Below are positions 1 through 9,144 of a stretch of 64,000 nt of DNA, one piece after another. The notes beneath the pieces are model-generated. The model had not been told where the DNA came from. It made no database searches and saw only the letters and a program-made list of their open reading frames with translations. The DNA lies in NCBI GenBank assembly GCA_030431615.1, contig JAUIID010000002.1:565-64564 (forward strand). The letters are read 5' to 3'. The position numbers and the translations under genes are program-made. Origin of the DNA: Alphaproteobacteria bacterium. GTDB lineage: Bacteria; Pseudomonadota; Alphaproteobacteria; Geminicoccales; Geminicoccaceae. Numbering within the stretch: the stretch's first letter is position 1; each line of letters opens with the position of its first letter.

Positions 1-195
1 CCGGCGCAGCAGCTCGGCGTTCCGCGGCCCGAGCTCGTGCACCAGCGCCGAGAACCCCCGCCAGAAGGCATCCGGTGCGACCCCCGTGCCCGGCAGCGCC
101 TCCTCCTCGAGGAACGCGGCAAGGTCCGGTGCGACGCGAAGCTCGTCGCGCGCCACCAGGTCGCGCCGCGGCTGGCTGGGGGTCGAATGGTCCAT
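1..195 (-). CDS. glcB: malate synthase G, N-terminal fragment (gene runs off the window start)
   Basis: Reverse-strand translation from the ATG (rc of 193-195) gives [65 protein letters not shown]. This matches the remembered GlcB N-terminus pattern (FL..EALPGTG..D.FW..F...V..L.P.N..LL). The frame is open to position 1. Confidence 0.6.
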   Translation of the reverse strand, partial: MDHSTPSQPRRDLVARDELRVAPDLAAFLEEEALPGTGVAPDAFWRGFSALVHELGPRNAELLRR

Positions 196-471
196 GTTGT
201 CCTCTCGGCTTCTTCTGGTCGTGGTTCAGCGTTTCCGGCGGGCGCGACCGCAGCGCGGCGAACGTTTGCACGGGTATGTCCCCGTGTCTCTACTCCAGCA
301 CGGCCGCCATGGCGACCCGGCGCAGCCTGCGCCCCCGGGGTCCGGCGACGGTCGAAACATCGGCTACGGGAGGGGGCATCCGGGCGGTGCAGCTCGAGCC
401 CGTTCCGGACACGGGCCCGGATTCAGCCGTCGAGTCGAAGGCGGAAGGGCGGCCGGACATGGTGGGGAGAC

Positions 472-547
472 TGGTGGAGCCGATCGGGATCGAACCGACG
501 ACCTCCTGCTTGCAAAGCAGGCGCTCTCCCAGTTGAGCTACGGCCCC
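472..547 (-). tRNA. tRNA-Ala (anticodon UGC)
   Basis: 76-nt cloverleaf read by eye. GGGGCCG acceptor stem with G3:U70, anticodon loop UUUGCAA, T-arm GGTTCGATCC, CCA encoded in the DNA. Confidence 0.9.
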
Positions 548-596
548 ACGGGCGTGGATATGGTCGATTGCGCAGCGATGCGCAAGGTTCGGGGGA

Positions 597-1211
597 TCAG
601 CGGAACAGGGCGGCGAGGAGGGCGCGCATGGCGATGCCGCGGTGGCTGAGCGCCGACTTCTCGGTGCGGGAGAGCTCGGCAAAGGTCCGCTTCTGGCCTT
701 CGGGCACGAAGATCGGGTCGTAGCCGAAGCCGCCCTCGCCGCGCGGCTCGCGGACGAGCTCGCCCGCGACCCGGCCCTCGAAGAACTCGGTGTGGCCGTC
801 TGGCCAGGCGAGGCAGAGCACGCTGACGAAGGCGGCGCGCTTGTCTGCCGACTGCCAGTCGCCGAAGCGCTCGGCGAGCTCGCCGGTGACGCGGGCCATG
901 GCGGTGGCGAAGTCCTTGCCGGGTCCGGCCCAGCGGGCGGAATGCACGCCCGGCCGGCCATCCAGGCCCATGACCTCGAGGCCGCTGTCGTCGGCGAGCG
1001 CCGGCAGGCCCGAGGCCGTGGCCGCGGCATGTGCCTTGAGGGCGGCATTGCCCCTGAAGTCCGGCTCGGTCTCCTCGGGCTCGGCGAGGCCGAGCTCGCC
1101 GGCGGAGCGGACGGTCACGCCATGGTCGGCCAGAAGCTCCTGCAACTCCCGGAGCTTGCCCGGGTTGTGCGAGGCGAGGACGAGCGTGTCGCCGGTGAAG
1201 CGCCGGTGCAC
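597..1211 (-). CDS. rdgB: non-canonical purine NTP pyrophosphatase (RdgB/HAM1 family)
   Basis: 204-aa ORF with GTG start. Motifs LASHNPGKLRE, FGYDPIF and SHRG are typical of RdgB. It starts 4 nt after the rph stop. Confidence 0.9.
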   Translation of the reverse strand: MHRRFTGDTLVLASHNPGKLRELQELLADHGVTVRSAGELGLAEPEETEPDFRGNAALKAHAAATASGLPALADDSGLEVMGLDGRPGVHSARWAGPGKDFATAMARVTGELAERFGDWQSADKRAAFVSVLCLAWPDGHTEFFEGRVAGELVREPRGEGGFGYDPIFVPEGQKRTFAELSRTEKSALSHRGIAMRALLAALFR

Positions 1212-1215
1212 GGGC

Positions 1216-1941
1216 TCAGCCGGCGGCGACGGCGGCGCGCTGCAGCGCCACCAGCTGCGCGATGCCGCTCTGGGCCAGGGTCATCAGGCGGGCAAGGTCC
1301 GTCTCCGGCAGGGGCTTCTGCTCGGCGGTGAACTGGATCTCGACGATGCCGCCGGCCCCGGCCAGGACGAAATTGGCGTCGGCCTCGGCAGCGCTGTCCT
1401 CGGGGTAGTCGAGGTCGAGCAGGGCCTCGCCGCCGACGATGCCGCAGGAGACCGCGGCCACGGCGTCGGTCAGCGGCAGAGCGGGAAGCGCACCGTCCCG
1501 CACCAGCTTCGCCAGCGCCTGGTGGAGGGCGACATAGGCGCCGGTGATCGAGGCCGTGCGGGTGCCGCCATCGGCGCGCAGCACGTCGCAGTCGACGATG
1601 ATCTGCCGCTCGCCCATGGCCTCCAGATCGGTGACCGCGCGGAGTGCGCGGCCGATCAGGCGCTGGATCTCGAGCGTGCGGCCGCCCTGCTTGCCGCGCG
1701 CCGCCTCGCGGGGCGAGCGGCTGTGGGTCGAGCGCGGCAGCATGCCGTACTCGGCCGTAACCCAACCGGTGCCCTTGTTGCGCAGGAAGGGCGGCACGCG
1801 CTCCTCGACCGTGGCACAGCAAAGAACATGGGTGTTGCCGAAGCGGACGAGGCAGGAGCCTTCGGCCTGCGGGTTGAAGCCCGGCTCGAGCACGACCTCG
1901 CGAAGCTCATCGGCCGTCCTGCCGGATGCGCGCATCATCAT
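1216..1941 (-). CDS. rph: ribonuclease PH
   Basis: [14 protein letters not shown]...[15 protein letters not shown]...[15 protein letters not shown]...[19 protein letters not shown] is the RNase PH signature. Three consecutive ATGs (1941/1938/1935) follow a GAGG; the longer 292-aa ORF extension is rejected. Confidence 0.92.
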   Translation of the reverse strand: MMMRASGRTADELREVVLEPGFNPQAEGSCLVRFGNTHVLCCATVEERVPPFLRNKGTGWVTAEYGMLPRSTHSRSPREAARGKQGGRTLEIQRLIGRALRAVTDLEAMGERQIIVDCDVLRADGGTRTASITGAYVALHQALAKLVRDGALPALPLTDAVAAVSCGIVGGEALLDLDYPEDSAAEADANFVLAGAGGIVEIQFTAEQKPLPETDLARLMTLAQSGIAQLVALQRAAVAAG

Positions 1942-2035
1942 CTGCCTCGTCGTTGCATGGAAAAGGGGCGGGCGCCGTCTCCGGCCCGACCCCCGGGCTG
2001 GTAGCGCATCCCGGAGCCCGGGGCAAACCCTGGGC

Positions 2036-2371
2036 TCAGCCGCCGGGGCTTTCCCCGGGCGCCGGGAGGAGAGCGGCGAGCCGCCCTGCCGCATCGGCGG
2101 GCGGGTCCTGCCAGAGGATGCGCTTCAGCCGGCCGGTGGCACCGGCCATGAGCGCCAGCCTCGAGCGCGGGCAGTCGAGCCGTTTTGCGAGGAAGGCGAG
2201 GAGCGCCGCGTTGGCCTTGCCCTCGACGGCGGGTGCCCGCAGGCGGATCACCAGATGCGGCCGGTCGAGGGAGTCCCTGCCGATGCCGTCGACGCGCTCG
2301 GCCCGAGCACCCGGCACGGCCCTGATCTCGAGGATCGCCCGGTCCGGCTCGAGCCGCCAGGGCTGCGTCAT
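2036..2371 (-). CDS. DUF167 (YggU) family protein
   Basis: 111-aa ORF with the ...[20 protein letters not shown]... core typical of YggU. The stop of yggT abuts its ATG (TGAATG). Confidence 0.75.
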   Translation of the reverse strand: MTQPWRLEPDRAILEIRAVPGARAERVDGIGRDSLDRPHLVIRLRAPAVEGKANAALLAFLAKRLDCPRSRLALMAGATGRLKRILWQDPPADAAGRLAALLPAPGESPGG

Positions 2372-2653
2372 TCAGAGCACGAGGAACTGGAAAGCGAGGT
2401 CGCGGATGAAGTAGAGGGCGAGGATCAGCACCATCGGCGAGATGTCGATGCCGCCGAGATTGGGCAGGATATTGCGGATCGGCCGCAGCAGGGGCTCGGT
2501 GATCCGGTTCAGGAAGTCGCCGATCGTGTAGATGAAGCGGTTGCCGGTGTTGACCATGTTGAACGACACGAGGAGGTTCAGCACGACCATCGCGATCAGC
2601 AGCCAGATATAGATCGAGATCACGGTATTGATGAGGTTGTAGACGGCGATCAT
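2372..2653 (-). CDS. YggT family membrane protein
   Basis: Internal ATG preceded by GGAGG. The 93-aa product has two TM helices and the YggT-like loop FLNRITEPLLRPIRNILP..GGIDISP. Confidence 0.8.
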   Translation of the reverse strand: MIAVYNLINTVISIYIWLLIAMVVLNLLVSFNMVNTGNRFIYTIGDFLNRITEPLLRPIRNILPNLGGIDISPMVLILALYFIRDLAFQFLVL

Positions 2654-2800
2654 CGGGCCTCCATCATCGTCGTTCTGGCGCTGGGCGGCGGGCAGGGCGG
2701 GGGCCGCGGGCGGGGCTGGCGCAACGCAAGTAAGGTGCGACGTTTCGGCTGGCAAGGGCGTCGATGCGTCGAGGCGGCGGACGCGTGGGGCGCAAGATGC

Positions 2801-2830
2801 TTGACAGCCGCCCCCCGGCGATCCGATAGA
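2801..2830 (+). promoter_or_regulatory. putative sigma70-type promoter for tRNA-Ala(CGC)
   Basis: TTGACA at 2801-2806 and GATAGA at 2825-2830 (about 18 nt spacing), 13 nt upstream of the mature tRNA 5' end. Motif match only. Confidence 0.35.
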
Positions 2831-2842
2831 GCCGCGACCCGT

Positions 2843-2918
2843 GGGGCCGTAGCTCAGCTGGGAGAGCGCTAGAATCGCACTCTAGAGGTCGCCGGTTCGA
2901 TCCCGGTCGGCTCCACCA
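2843..2918 (+). tRNA. tRNA-Ala (anticodon CGC)
   Basis: 76-nt cloverleaf. GGGGCCG acceptor stem with G3:U70, anticodon loop AUCGCAC, T-arm GGTTCGATCC, CCA encoded in the DNA. Confidence 0.9.
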
Positions 2919-2925
2919 GGTCCAA

Positions 2926-2950
2926 GCCCCCCTCCCTCGGGGCCGGTTTT
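2926..2950 (+). terminator. weak hairpin plus T-run after the tRNA
   Basis: GCCCC / 8-nt loop / GGGGC, followed by CGGTTTT. The stem is short. Confidence 0.3.
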
Positions 2951-3120
2951 GGTGTGGCGCCATTGCCGCACATCCATGCTCCGCATTGCCGGTCGTGCGC
3001 CGCAGGCGGCCTGGCCTTCCCGAGCTTCGCACCCGAGCGCCGCCAGCCATGGCAAGGCCATTCTCGACAAGGGGCGGAGCCTTCTGGCATGAGCCATTGG
3101 TCCATCCTTCGGAGCAGAGC

Positions 3121-3678
3121 ATGAACCCGACGCTGACCGCCGCCCTCTGGCCGAACTCGGCCCAGAGCCTTCTCGCCCGGATCGTGCTGGTGCTGGCCGG
3201 CACGCTCCTCATGGCCGTTTCGGCCAGGGTCCAGGTGCCGTTCTGGCCGGTGCCGATGACCATGCAGACCTTCGTCGCCCTCGGCATCGGTGCCGCCTAT
3301 GGCGCGAGGCTCGGCGGGATCACGCTCCTGACCTACCTGGCGCAGGGCGCCATGGGCCTGCCGGTCTTCGCGACCGGTGCCGGGCTCGCCTATATGGTCG
3401 GTCCCACCGGTGGCTATCTGGTAGGCTTTTTTGTCGCAGCCGTTGTCGTCGGCTATTTCGCCGACGAGGGGCTCGGCCGGACACATCTCTCGGCCCTTCT
3501 GGTGTTTTCCGCCGGAACCGTCCTGATCTTCGCGCTCGGCGCCGCCTGGCTCGCCTTGTTGATCGGCCCGACAAAGGCGCTTGCGACCGGTGTCTTGCCC
3601 TTCCTGCCGGCCGAGGCGGCGAAGCTCTTGCTCGCAACCGCCTTTTTCCCGATCGCCTGGCGACTGGTGCGCGACTGA
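3121..3678 (+). CDS. bioY: biotin transporter BioY
   Basis: 185-aa polytopic protein from an internal ATG. QVPFWPVPMTMQTF..LG, GAMGLPVF and GPTGGYLVGF are classic BioY motifs. Confidence 0.88.
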   Translation: MNPTLTAALWPNSAQSLLARIVLVLAGTLLMAVSARVQVPFWPVPMTMQTFVALGIGAAYGARLGGITLLTYLAQGAMGLPVFATGAGLAYMVGPTGGYLVGFFVAAVVVGYFADEGLGRTHLSALLVFSAGTVLIFALGAAWLALLIGPTKALATGVLPFLPAEAAKLLLATAFFPIAWRLVRD

Positions 3679-3897
3679 CCCCATGGGTGCAGGCCGGTCC
3701 GCAGCGGCCGGCCACAACCTATGGTTTCCAATGGACGGCCGACTTTCTCTCTTGTAGGTGGAATATCGCTTCCCTGGCTCGCCTGCCTCTGGTACAATTC
3801 GGCCATAAGAAAAGAAAAGCAGGGCAACTGCGCTGCTAGGTCGCAAGGATGAGGCATCGGCAACATCATGCTCCAACGACACGGATCGGTAGGTCAA

Positions 3898-4047
3898 ATG
3901 CGCACCGTGCCCACGCGCGAAAGCGCGCGGCGCGTTCCCATCGGTGCCACGAATGCCACCCCACCCCACCCCCAGCTCATCATCGTCGCCGCCAGTCTGG
4001 CGCTCTGGACGATCATCATCGCTTCCTGCTCGTTCCTTCTGAGCTGA
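3898..4047 (+). CDS. hypothetical small membrane protein (49 aa; 59 aa if it starts at 3868)
   Basis: Not in the ORF track because it is under 60 aa. Product: MRTVPTRESARRVPIGATNATPPHPQLIIVAASLALWTIIIASCSFLLS. Third codon positions are GC-rich from 3898 on, there is a C-terminal TM helix, and a hairpin follows immediately after the stop. Confidence 0.35.
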   Translation: MRTVPTRESARRVPIGATNATPPHPQLIIVAASLALWTIIIASCSFLLS

Positions 4048-4055
4048 AGTTCGGT

Positions 4056-4073
4056 CCCGGCCGGCTGGCCGGG
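4056..4073 (+). other. GC hairpin (7-bp stem, 4-nt loop)
   Basis: CCCGGCC-GGCT-GGCCGGG, 9 nt after the small-ORF stop and 17 nt before the next ATG. No T-run. Confidence 0.4.
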
Positions 4074-4090
4074 CGGGGTGAATACGGCGC

Positions 4091-4702
4091 ATGACCGGGC
4101 AACGGTCAGGCTTCGCTCCTTATCGACCCCGTTTCACCCTGATCGTCGTCACCAGCCGGGACGGCTACATCACGCCCACAAACGGGGCTTCGCCCGGCAG
4201 CTGGGCGTCGCGCGAGGAGCAACGGCTCTTCCGCGGCCTCGTCGCCGGTCTCGACTGGGCGTTCATGGGACGTCGCACGCACGAGCTGGCCTGGCGGCCA
4301 GATCGCCGGCGGGTCGTCTTCACGGGCAGCTTCGCCGGGCCGGCATGGCGCCATCCCATGCATCTCTGGGCCGACCCCGGGCGCGTCTCCCTCGACGCGA
4401 TTCTGGCGCGCGCGACGACGGTTCATGCGGCATGGAACTGCGGCATCCTCGGCGGCGTGGGGGTGCACGACTGGTTCGCCAGGGGGGAGCTGATCGACGC
4501 CGTCGAGCTCACCATCGAGCCCCTCGACTTCGCGGGCGGCCTGCCGCTCTTCTCCTGGGCGCGCGGCATGGAGCCGGGCCTCGCCCTGACCCAGCTCGGC
4601 CTCGTTCAGGTCGGCGAGCGCGTGCTCAACGAGGGCGGGACCCGGCTCCTGCGGTTCGAGCGGCGCTCGGGCCCGACGACCGGGCCGGATCCTCAGCCTT
4701 GA
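4091..4702 (+). CDS. dihydrofolate reductase-like / RibD C-terminal domain family protein
   Basis: 203 aa. The pattern LIVVTSRDGYI...W.S.EEQ..F......DWAFMGRRT.E......VFT.....ILGG..V...F...LIDAVELTIEP...GGLPLF resembles the RibD_C fold. Confidence 0.55.
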   Translation: MTGQRSGFAPYRPRFTLIVVTSRDGYITPTNGASPGSWASREEQRLFRGLVAGLDWAFMGRRTHELAWRPDRRRVVFTGSFAGPAWRHPMHLWADPGRVSLDAILARATTVHAAWNCGILGGVGVHDWFARGELIDAVELTIEPLDFAGGLPLFSWARGMEPGLALTQLGLVQVGERVLNEGGTRLLRFERRSGPTTGPDPQP

Positions 4703-5460
4703 ACGGAGAAACCGCCGTCGGCCGGAATGGCGGTGCCGGTGATGAAGTCGGCGGCCGGGCTCGCGAGGAACACGGTGAGACCGGCCATGTCCTCCGGCGT
4801 GCCCCAGCGGCCGGCCGGCGTGCGCGACAGGACCTTCTCGTTCAGCCCCTCGATCTCGGCCCGGCCCCGGCGCGTGAGGTCGGTGTCGATCCAGCCCGGC
4901 AGGATGCAGTTGACCTGGATGTTGTCCCTGGCCCAGGCCGTGGCGAGCGCCCGGCTGAGCTGCATCACGCCGCCCTTGCTCGCCGCGTAGGCGGCGACTA
5001 CCGGAATGCCGAAGATCGACATCATCGAGCCCGTGGTGATGATCTTGCCGCCGCCCTGCCGGCAGAGGGCGGGATAGGCGGCGTGGGCGGTGTTGAACAC
5101 GCCGTCGAGATTGATCGCCAGCACCTCGCGCCACTCGGCGAACTCGTACTCCTCCGGGCGCTTCCTGATGTTGATCCCGGCGTTGCAGACGGCGATGTCG
5201 AGGCGGCCGAGCTCGGCCTCGACCTGCTCCACCATGGCGACGCACGAGTTGGGCTCGGCGACCTCGCCAACCACGGCAATGGCGCGCAGGCCCTCGCCCG
5301 CCAGCTCCGCCGCGGCGGCCTCCGTCTTCGCCTTGTTCCGTCCGGCCAGGGCGACCGCGGCACCCGCCTGGCCGACACCCCGCGCCATGCCGAGCCCGAT
5401 GCCGCCATTGCCGCCGGTCACGAGGGCAACCTTACCGCTGAGGTCAAACGGATTCTTCAT
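4693..5460 (-). CDS. SDR family oxidoreductase
   Basis: Starts at MKNPFDLSGKVALVTGGNGGIGLG (TGxxxGxG), with NAG and the YAASKGG catalytic motif. 255 aa. Confidence 0.9.
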   Translation of the reverse strand: MKNPFDLSGKVALVTGGNGGIGLGMARGVGQAGAAVALAGRNKAKTEAAAAELAGEGLRAIAVVGEVAEPNSCVAMVEQVEAELGRLDIAVCNAGINIRKRPEEYEFAEWREVLAINLDGVFNTAHAAYPALCRQGGGKIITTGSMMSIFGIPVVAAYAASKGGVMQLSRALATAWARDNIQVNCILPGWIDTDLTRRGRAEIEGLNEKVLSRTPAGRWGTPEDMAGLTVFLASPAADFITGTAIPADGGFSVQG

Positions 5461-5543
5461 GAATTGCCTCCACTGGTTGTTCGGTTGTCTATCCGCTAGA
5501 CCTCCCGACGATCGAGCCCGACAACTAGACGGGAGCCCTGTGC

Positions 5544-6707
5544 TTGCCAAGCCGCGTGGCCGCCGGCCTGACCCTCACGCTCGCCCTCTGCTGCTCGCTG
5601 CCAGCCCTCGCGACTGACGCGCCGCCGGCGACCAACGCGCTGGCGCCGAGCGAGTTCGTCGTCACCCGCCCGGGCCTCGTCCTGGTCGACGTCGCCGCTC
5701 GCCGGGCGGTGCTCGAGGCGCTGCCCCAGAGCGAGCGCGAGGCGCTCTGTGGCGCCCCGCGCCAGAACTGGCCGCGCCACGGCGTGCAGCGCAATGTCAA
5801 TGGCGGCGCGCAGCCGGCGCAGACCCTGGCCCTCACGATGATGCAGGCCTCGGCCGCATACCTGGCGAACGGCGATCCGGCGGCGCGCGACGGCATCGTC
5901 TCCAACCTGCTGCGGTTCGCCGAGGCCGATGCGCTCTCCCGCATGATCCTGCCGATCACGGTCAACCACTTCTACAACCTCGACCGGACCCTGCTGCCGA
6001 TCATCGCCGCCTTCGCCATGGTGCACGACGACCCGGAGCTGGAACCGGAGGACGTCGCCATGATCCGCGCCTGGCTCGACCGGCTGGTCCGGCAGCGGGG
6101 GCCGGACCGGGCGACCAACCCGGAGGTGGTGAGCAGCCGCAACAACCACCGCTATCTGCGCGACAGCGTCACCATGGCCTGGGGTGCATTCATCGGCGAC
6201 AACGCGCTCTTCTACGAGGGCATCAACCGCTACCGGGTGGCGCTCGAGCAGATGCGCGAGGACGGCAGCCTGCCGCTCGAGACCGATCGCGGCCGCGACG
6301 CGCTCTTCTACCAGCGCCATGCCATCGCCTCGCTCGTCGCCATGGCCGAGATTGCCGCCGTGCAGGGCTACGATCTCTATGCGCTGACCAACGAGGGCGG
6401 TCTCGACCTGCACCGCATGGTGAGCTTCCTCGTCGAGGGCATCGACGATCCGGCGGTCCTCGCCTCTTATACCGGGGCGCCGCAGGACCTGGGATTTCTC
6501 GACTGGCGCGGCCACGATCGCCACTACATGGCCTGGTTCGAGGCCTACCGGGCCCGCTTTCCCGAAAGCCCGCTCACGGCCCGGCTCGAGGCGCAGATCG
6601 AGGAGCGCGGCTCGCTCGACGGGCAACTGGTCGACGAGTACGCCGGCGGCATGACGAGCTGCCTCTATGCCGATCCGGCGACGCGGCTCGCCGCCTCCAG
6701 CGGCTGA
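5544..6707 (+). CDS. secreted alginate-lyase-domain (AlgL/PL5-like) protein
   Basis: TTG start and signal peptide ...CCSLPALA-TD. An NNHRYL motif corresponds to AlgL NNHSYW, with an all-helical repeat character. 387 aa. Confidence 0.6.
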   Translation: MPSRVAAGLTLTLALCCSLPALATDAPPATNALAPSEFVVTRPGLVLVDVAARRAVLEALPQSEREALCGAPRQNWPRHGVQRNVNGGAQPAQTLALTMMQASAAYLANGDPAARDGIVSNLLRFAEADALSRMILPITVNHFYNLDRTLLPIIAAFAMVHDDPELEPEDVAMIRAWLDRLVRQRGPDRATNPEVVSSRNNHRYLRDSVTMAWGAFIGDNALFYEGINRYRVALEQMREDGSLPLETDRGRDALFYQRHAIASLVAMAEIAAVQGYDLYALTNEGGLDLHRMVSFLVEGIDDPAVLASYTGAPQDLGFLDWRGHDRHYMAWFEAYRARFPESPLTARLEAQIEERGSLDGQLVDEYAGGMTSCLYADPATRLAASSG

Positions 6708-6744
6708 GCAACCCCACCTGTCCAGCCTCCTCGAGGAGACGAGC

Positions 6745-7209
6745 ATGACGCCGCGACTGGAGAATCACTATGCCGCCGCACCGGCGGCGGTCCAGGCGAT
6801 GCGCGGCCTCGAGGCGGCGCTCGCGAAATGTGGCCTCGAGCATGGGCTCCTGGAGCTGGTGAAGCTGCGCGCCTCGCAGATCAATGGCTGCGCCTTCTGC
6901 ATCCACATGCACGCCACAGCGCTGAGGAAGGCGGGCGAGAGCGAGATGCGCCTCTACATGCTCGACGGCTGGCGCGAATCGCCGCTCTACAGCGCCCGCG
7001 AGCGGGCGGCGCTGGCCTGGACCGAGGCGCTTACCCGGCTGGCCGACACCCATGCCCCCGACGCCGACTACGAGCTCCTGCGGGCCGAGTTCAGCGAAGC
7101 GGAGCAGGTCAACCTCACCTTCGCGATCGGCGCGATCAATGTCTGGAACCGGCTGCAGGTCGGCTTCCGGGTACCGCACCCGACCGATCCCGGGCCGGCC
7201 TCCGCCTGA
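6745..7209 (+). CDS. carboxymuconolactone decarboxylase / AhpD-like family protein
   Basis: 154 aa from an internal ATG. LVKLRASQINGCAFCIHMH contains the CxxC motif of the AhpD-like CMD family. Confidence 0.85.
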   Translation: MTPRLENHYAAAPAAVQAMRGLEAALAKCGLEHGLLELVKLRASQINGCAFCIHMHATALRKAGESEMRLYMLDGWRESPLYSARERAALAWTEALTRLADTHAPDADYELLRAEFSEAEQVNLTFAIGAINVWNRLQVGFRVPHPTDPGPASA

Positions 7210-7315
7210 CCGGCACGTCGCGACCGGTCGGGCGCCGCCCCGCGTCTTGCCCATTGTGAGCGGCCCGCTCTGCGATTAACGATTGATCGGTCAACGGAAA
7301 CGGTAGGGACGGGCG

Positions 7316-7669
7316 ATGGGCAAGCTCACCACGCATGTTCTGGACTCCATGACGGGGCGCCCCGGGCGCGGCATGCGCCTCGTGCTCTATCGGCTCGAGG
7401 GGGCCGACCGCACGCGGCTCGCCGATGTCCGGACCAACGAGGACGGTCGTCTCGACCAGCCGCTGCTGGAAGGTTCCGCCATGGGGCGCGGCACCTACGA
7501 GATCGTCTTTCAGGTCGGGCTCTACTTCAAGCTGCTCGGCGTCGACCTGCCGAACCCGCCCTTCCTCGACGAGGTGCCGATCCGCTTCGGCATCGAGGAC
7601 CCGGGTGCGCATTACCACGTCCCGTTGCTCGTCTCGCCCTTCGCCTATTCGACCTACCGGGGCAGCTGA
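7316..7669 (+). CDS. uraH: 5-hydroxyisourate hydrolase (transthyretin-like)
   Basis: 117 aa. Starts [10 protein letters not shown], contains [17 protein letters not shown] and ends in the C-terminal YRGS tetrapeptide diagnostic of HIUase. Confidence 0.92.
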   Translation: MGKLTTHVLDSMTGRPGRGMRLVLYRLEGADRTRLADVRTNEDGRLDQPLLEGSAMGRGTYEIVFQVGLYFKLLGVDLPNPPFLDEVPIRFGIEDPGAHYHVPLLVSPFAYSTYRGS

Positions 7670-9144
7670 TGCGCCGGCGCCTGCGCTTCCTGCTCGGGCA
7701 CCAGCCGGTCGAGCTCGATGCCATCGACCCGACCCTGACCGTGCTCGAGTGGCTGCGCCGGACCGCCTACCGGCGCGGCACCAAGGAGGGTTGTGCGGAG
7801 GGGGATTGCGGCGCCTGCAGCGTGGTGATCGCCGAGCCCGCCGGGGACCGGCTGCAATACCGGGCCGTCAATGCCTGCATCCGCTTCATGGCCACGCTGG
7901 ACGGCTGCCAGCTCTTGACCGTGGAGGACCTGAAGGGACCGGACGGCACGCTCCACCCGGTCCAGGCGGCGCTGGTCGAGACTCACGGCTCGCAATGCGG
8001 CTTCTGCACGCCCGGCTTCGTCATGACGCTCTTCGCGCTGCACCAGAGGGGTGACGCGGCCCTGTCGCGCGGCCGCATCGACGATGCGCTCGCCGGCAAT
8101 CTCTGCCGCTGCACCGGCTACGGCCCGATCATCGAGGCGGCGCGGCGGATGCACGAAACGCCGGGGGCGGTGGCGCATCTCGCCGACCGCGAGGCGGCGG
8201 TGCTGGCCCGCCTCCAGGGCTGGCGCGACGGCGAGACGCTGGCCATCGGCGAAGGCGGGCGGATGTTCTATGCGCCTGCCGACCTCACAGCCCTGCTCGA
8301 CCTCGCGGCCGAGCATCAGGGTTCGACGATCCTCGCCGGTGCCACCGATGTCGGCTTGTGGGTCACCAAGCAGCAGCGCCGGCTCGATCCTGTCATCTGG
8401 CTTGGCCGGGTGGCCGAACTGGCCCGGATCGAGGAGGGTGCCGACGCCATCCGCATCGGCGCCGGGGTCACCTATGCCGCGGCCCACGCGCGCCTGGCCG
8501 GGCTCTGGCCGGATGTCGGCGAGCTGGTCCGGCGCCTCGGTGCCGAGCAGATCCGCCATGCCGGGACGATCGGCGGCAATATCGCCAATGGCTCGCCGAT
8601 CGGCGACAGCCCGCCCTGGCTGATCGCCGCCGGGGCGACGCTGCATCTGGCCCATCGGGACGGTCGCCGCACGCTGCCGCTCGAGGACTTCTTCGTGGCA
8701 TATGGCAGACAGGACCGGCGGCCCGGCGAGATCGTCGAGGCGGTGAGCGTGCCGCGGCCGAAGCCCGGGACGGTGCTTCGCGCCTACAAGATCAGCAAGC
8801 GCTTCGACCAGGACATCTCGGCCGTCTGCGCCGGCATCCAGCTCCGCCGCGAGGGCGACCGCATCGCCGAGGCCAGGATCGCCTATGGCGGCATGGCGGC
8901 GACGCCGAAGCGGGCCGCGGCCACCGAGGCGGCGCTGCTCGGCCAACCCTTCGCCGAGGCGACGTTCAGGGACGCCATGGCGGCGCTCGCCCGGGACTTC
9001 CAGCCGATCGACGATATGCGGGCTTCCGCCGCGTACCGCCTGAAGGTGGCGCAGAACTTGCTTCTCAAGGCCTATGTCGAAACGGCCGATGCGACCTCGC
9101 CTCCGCTCCGCCTCGCCGGGCGGCTCGAGGCCGTGCATGGTTGA
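7669..9144 (+). CDS. xdhA: xanthine dehydrogenase small subunit (2Fe-2S + FAD)
   Basis: [12 protein letters not shown] and CGFCTPGF...CRCTGY iron-sulfur motifs followed by an FAD-binding domain. Its ATG shares one base with the uraH stop (TGATG). Confidence 0.93.
   Translation: MRRRLRFLLGHQPVELDAIDPTLTVLEWLRRTAYRRGTKEGCAEGDCGACSVVIAEPAGDRLQYRAVNACIRFMATLDGCQLLTVEDLKGPDGTLHPVQAALVETHGSQCGFCTPGFVMTLFALHQRGDAALSRGRIDDALAGNLCRCTGYGPIIEAARRMHETPGAVAHLADREAAVLARLQGWRDGETLAIGEGGRMFYAPADLTALLDLAAEHQGSTILAGATDVGLWVTKQQRRLDPVIWLGRVAELARIEEGADAIRIGAGVTYAAAHARLAGLWPDVGELVRRLGAEQIRHAGTIGGNIANGSPIGDSPPWLIAAGATLHLAHRDGRRTLPLEDFFVAYGRQDRRPGEIVEAVSVPRPKPGTVLRAYKISKRFDQDISAVCAGIQLRREGDRIAEARIAYGGMAATPKRAAATEAALLGQPFAEATFRDAMAALARDFQPIDDMRASAAYRLKVAQNLLLKAYVETADATSPPLRLAGRLEAVHG

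Noticed and set aside
472-2918. The possibility that the tRNA-Ala genes flank a genomic island or integrated element.
   Set aside because: The enclosed genes (rdgB, rph, yggU, yggT) are core housekeeping genes with host-like composition. I saw no integrase and no direct-repeat att sites.
3849-4094. 81-aa His/Arg-rich ORF in the bioY-downstream gap.
   Set aside because: Its composition is unlike a real protein, its third codon positions are not GC-biased, and it runs through the hairpin and into the next gene's start. The alternate-frame mini-ORF (3898-4047) is the better candidate.
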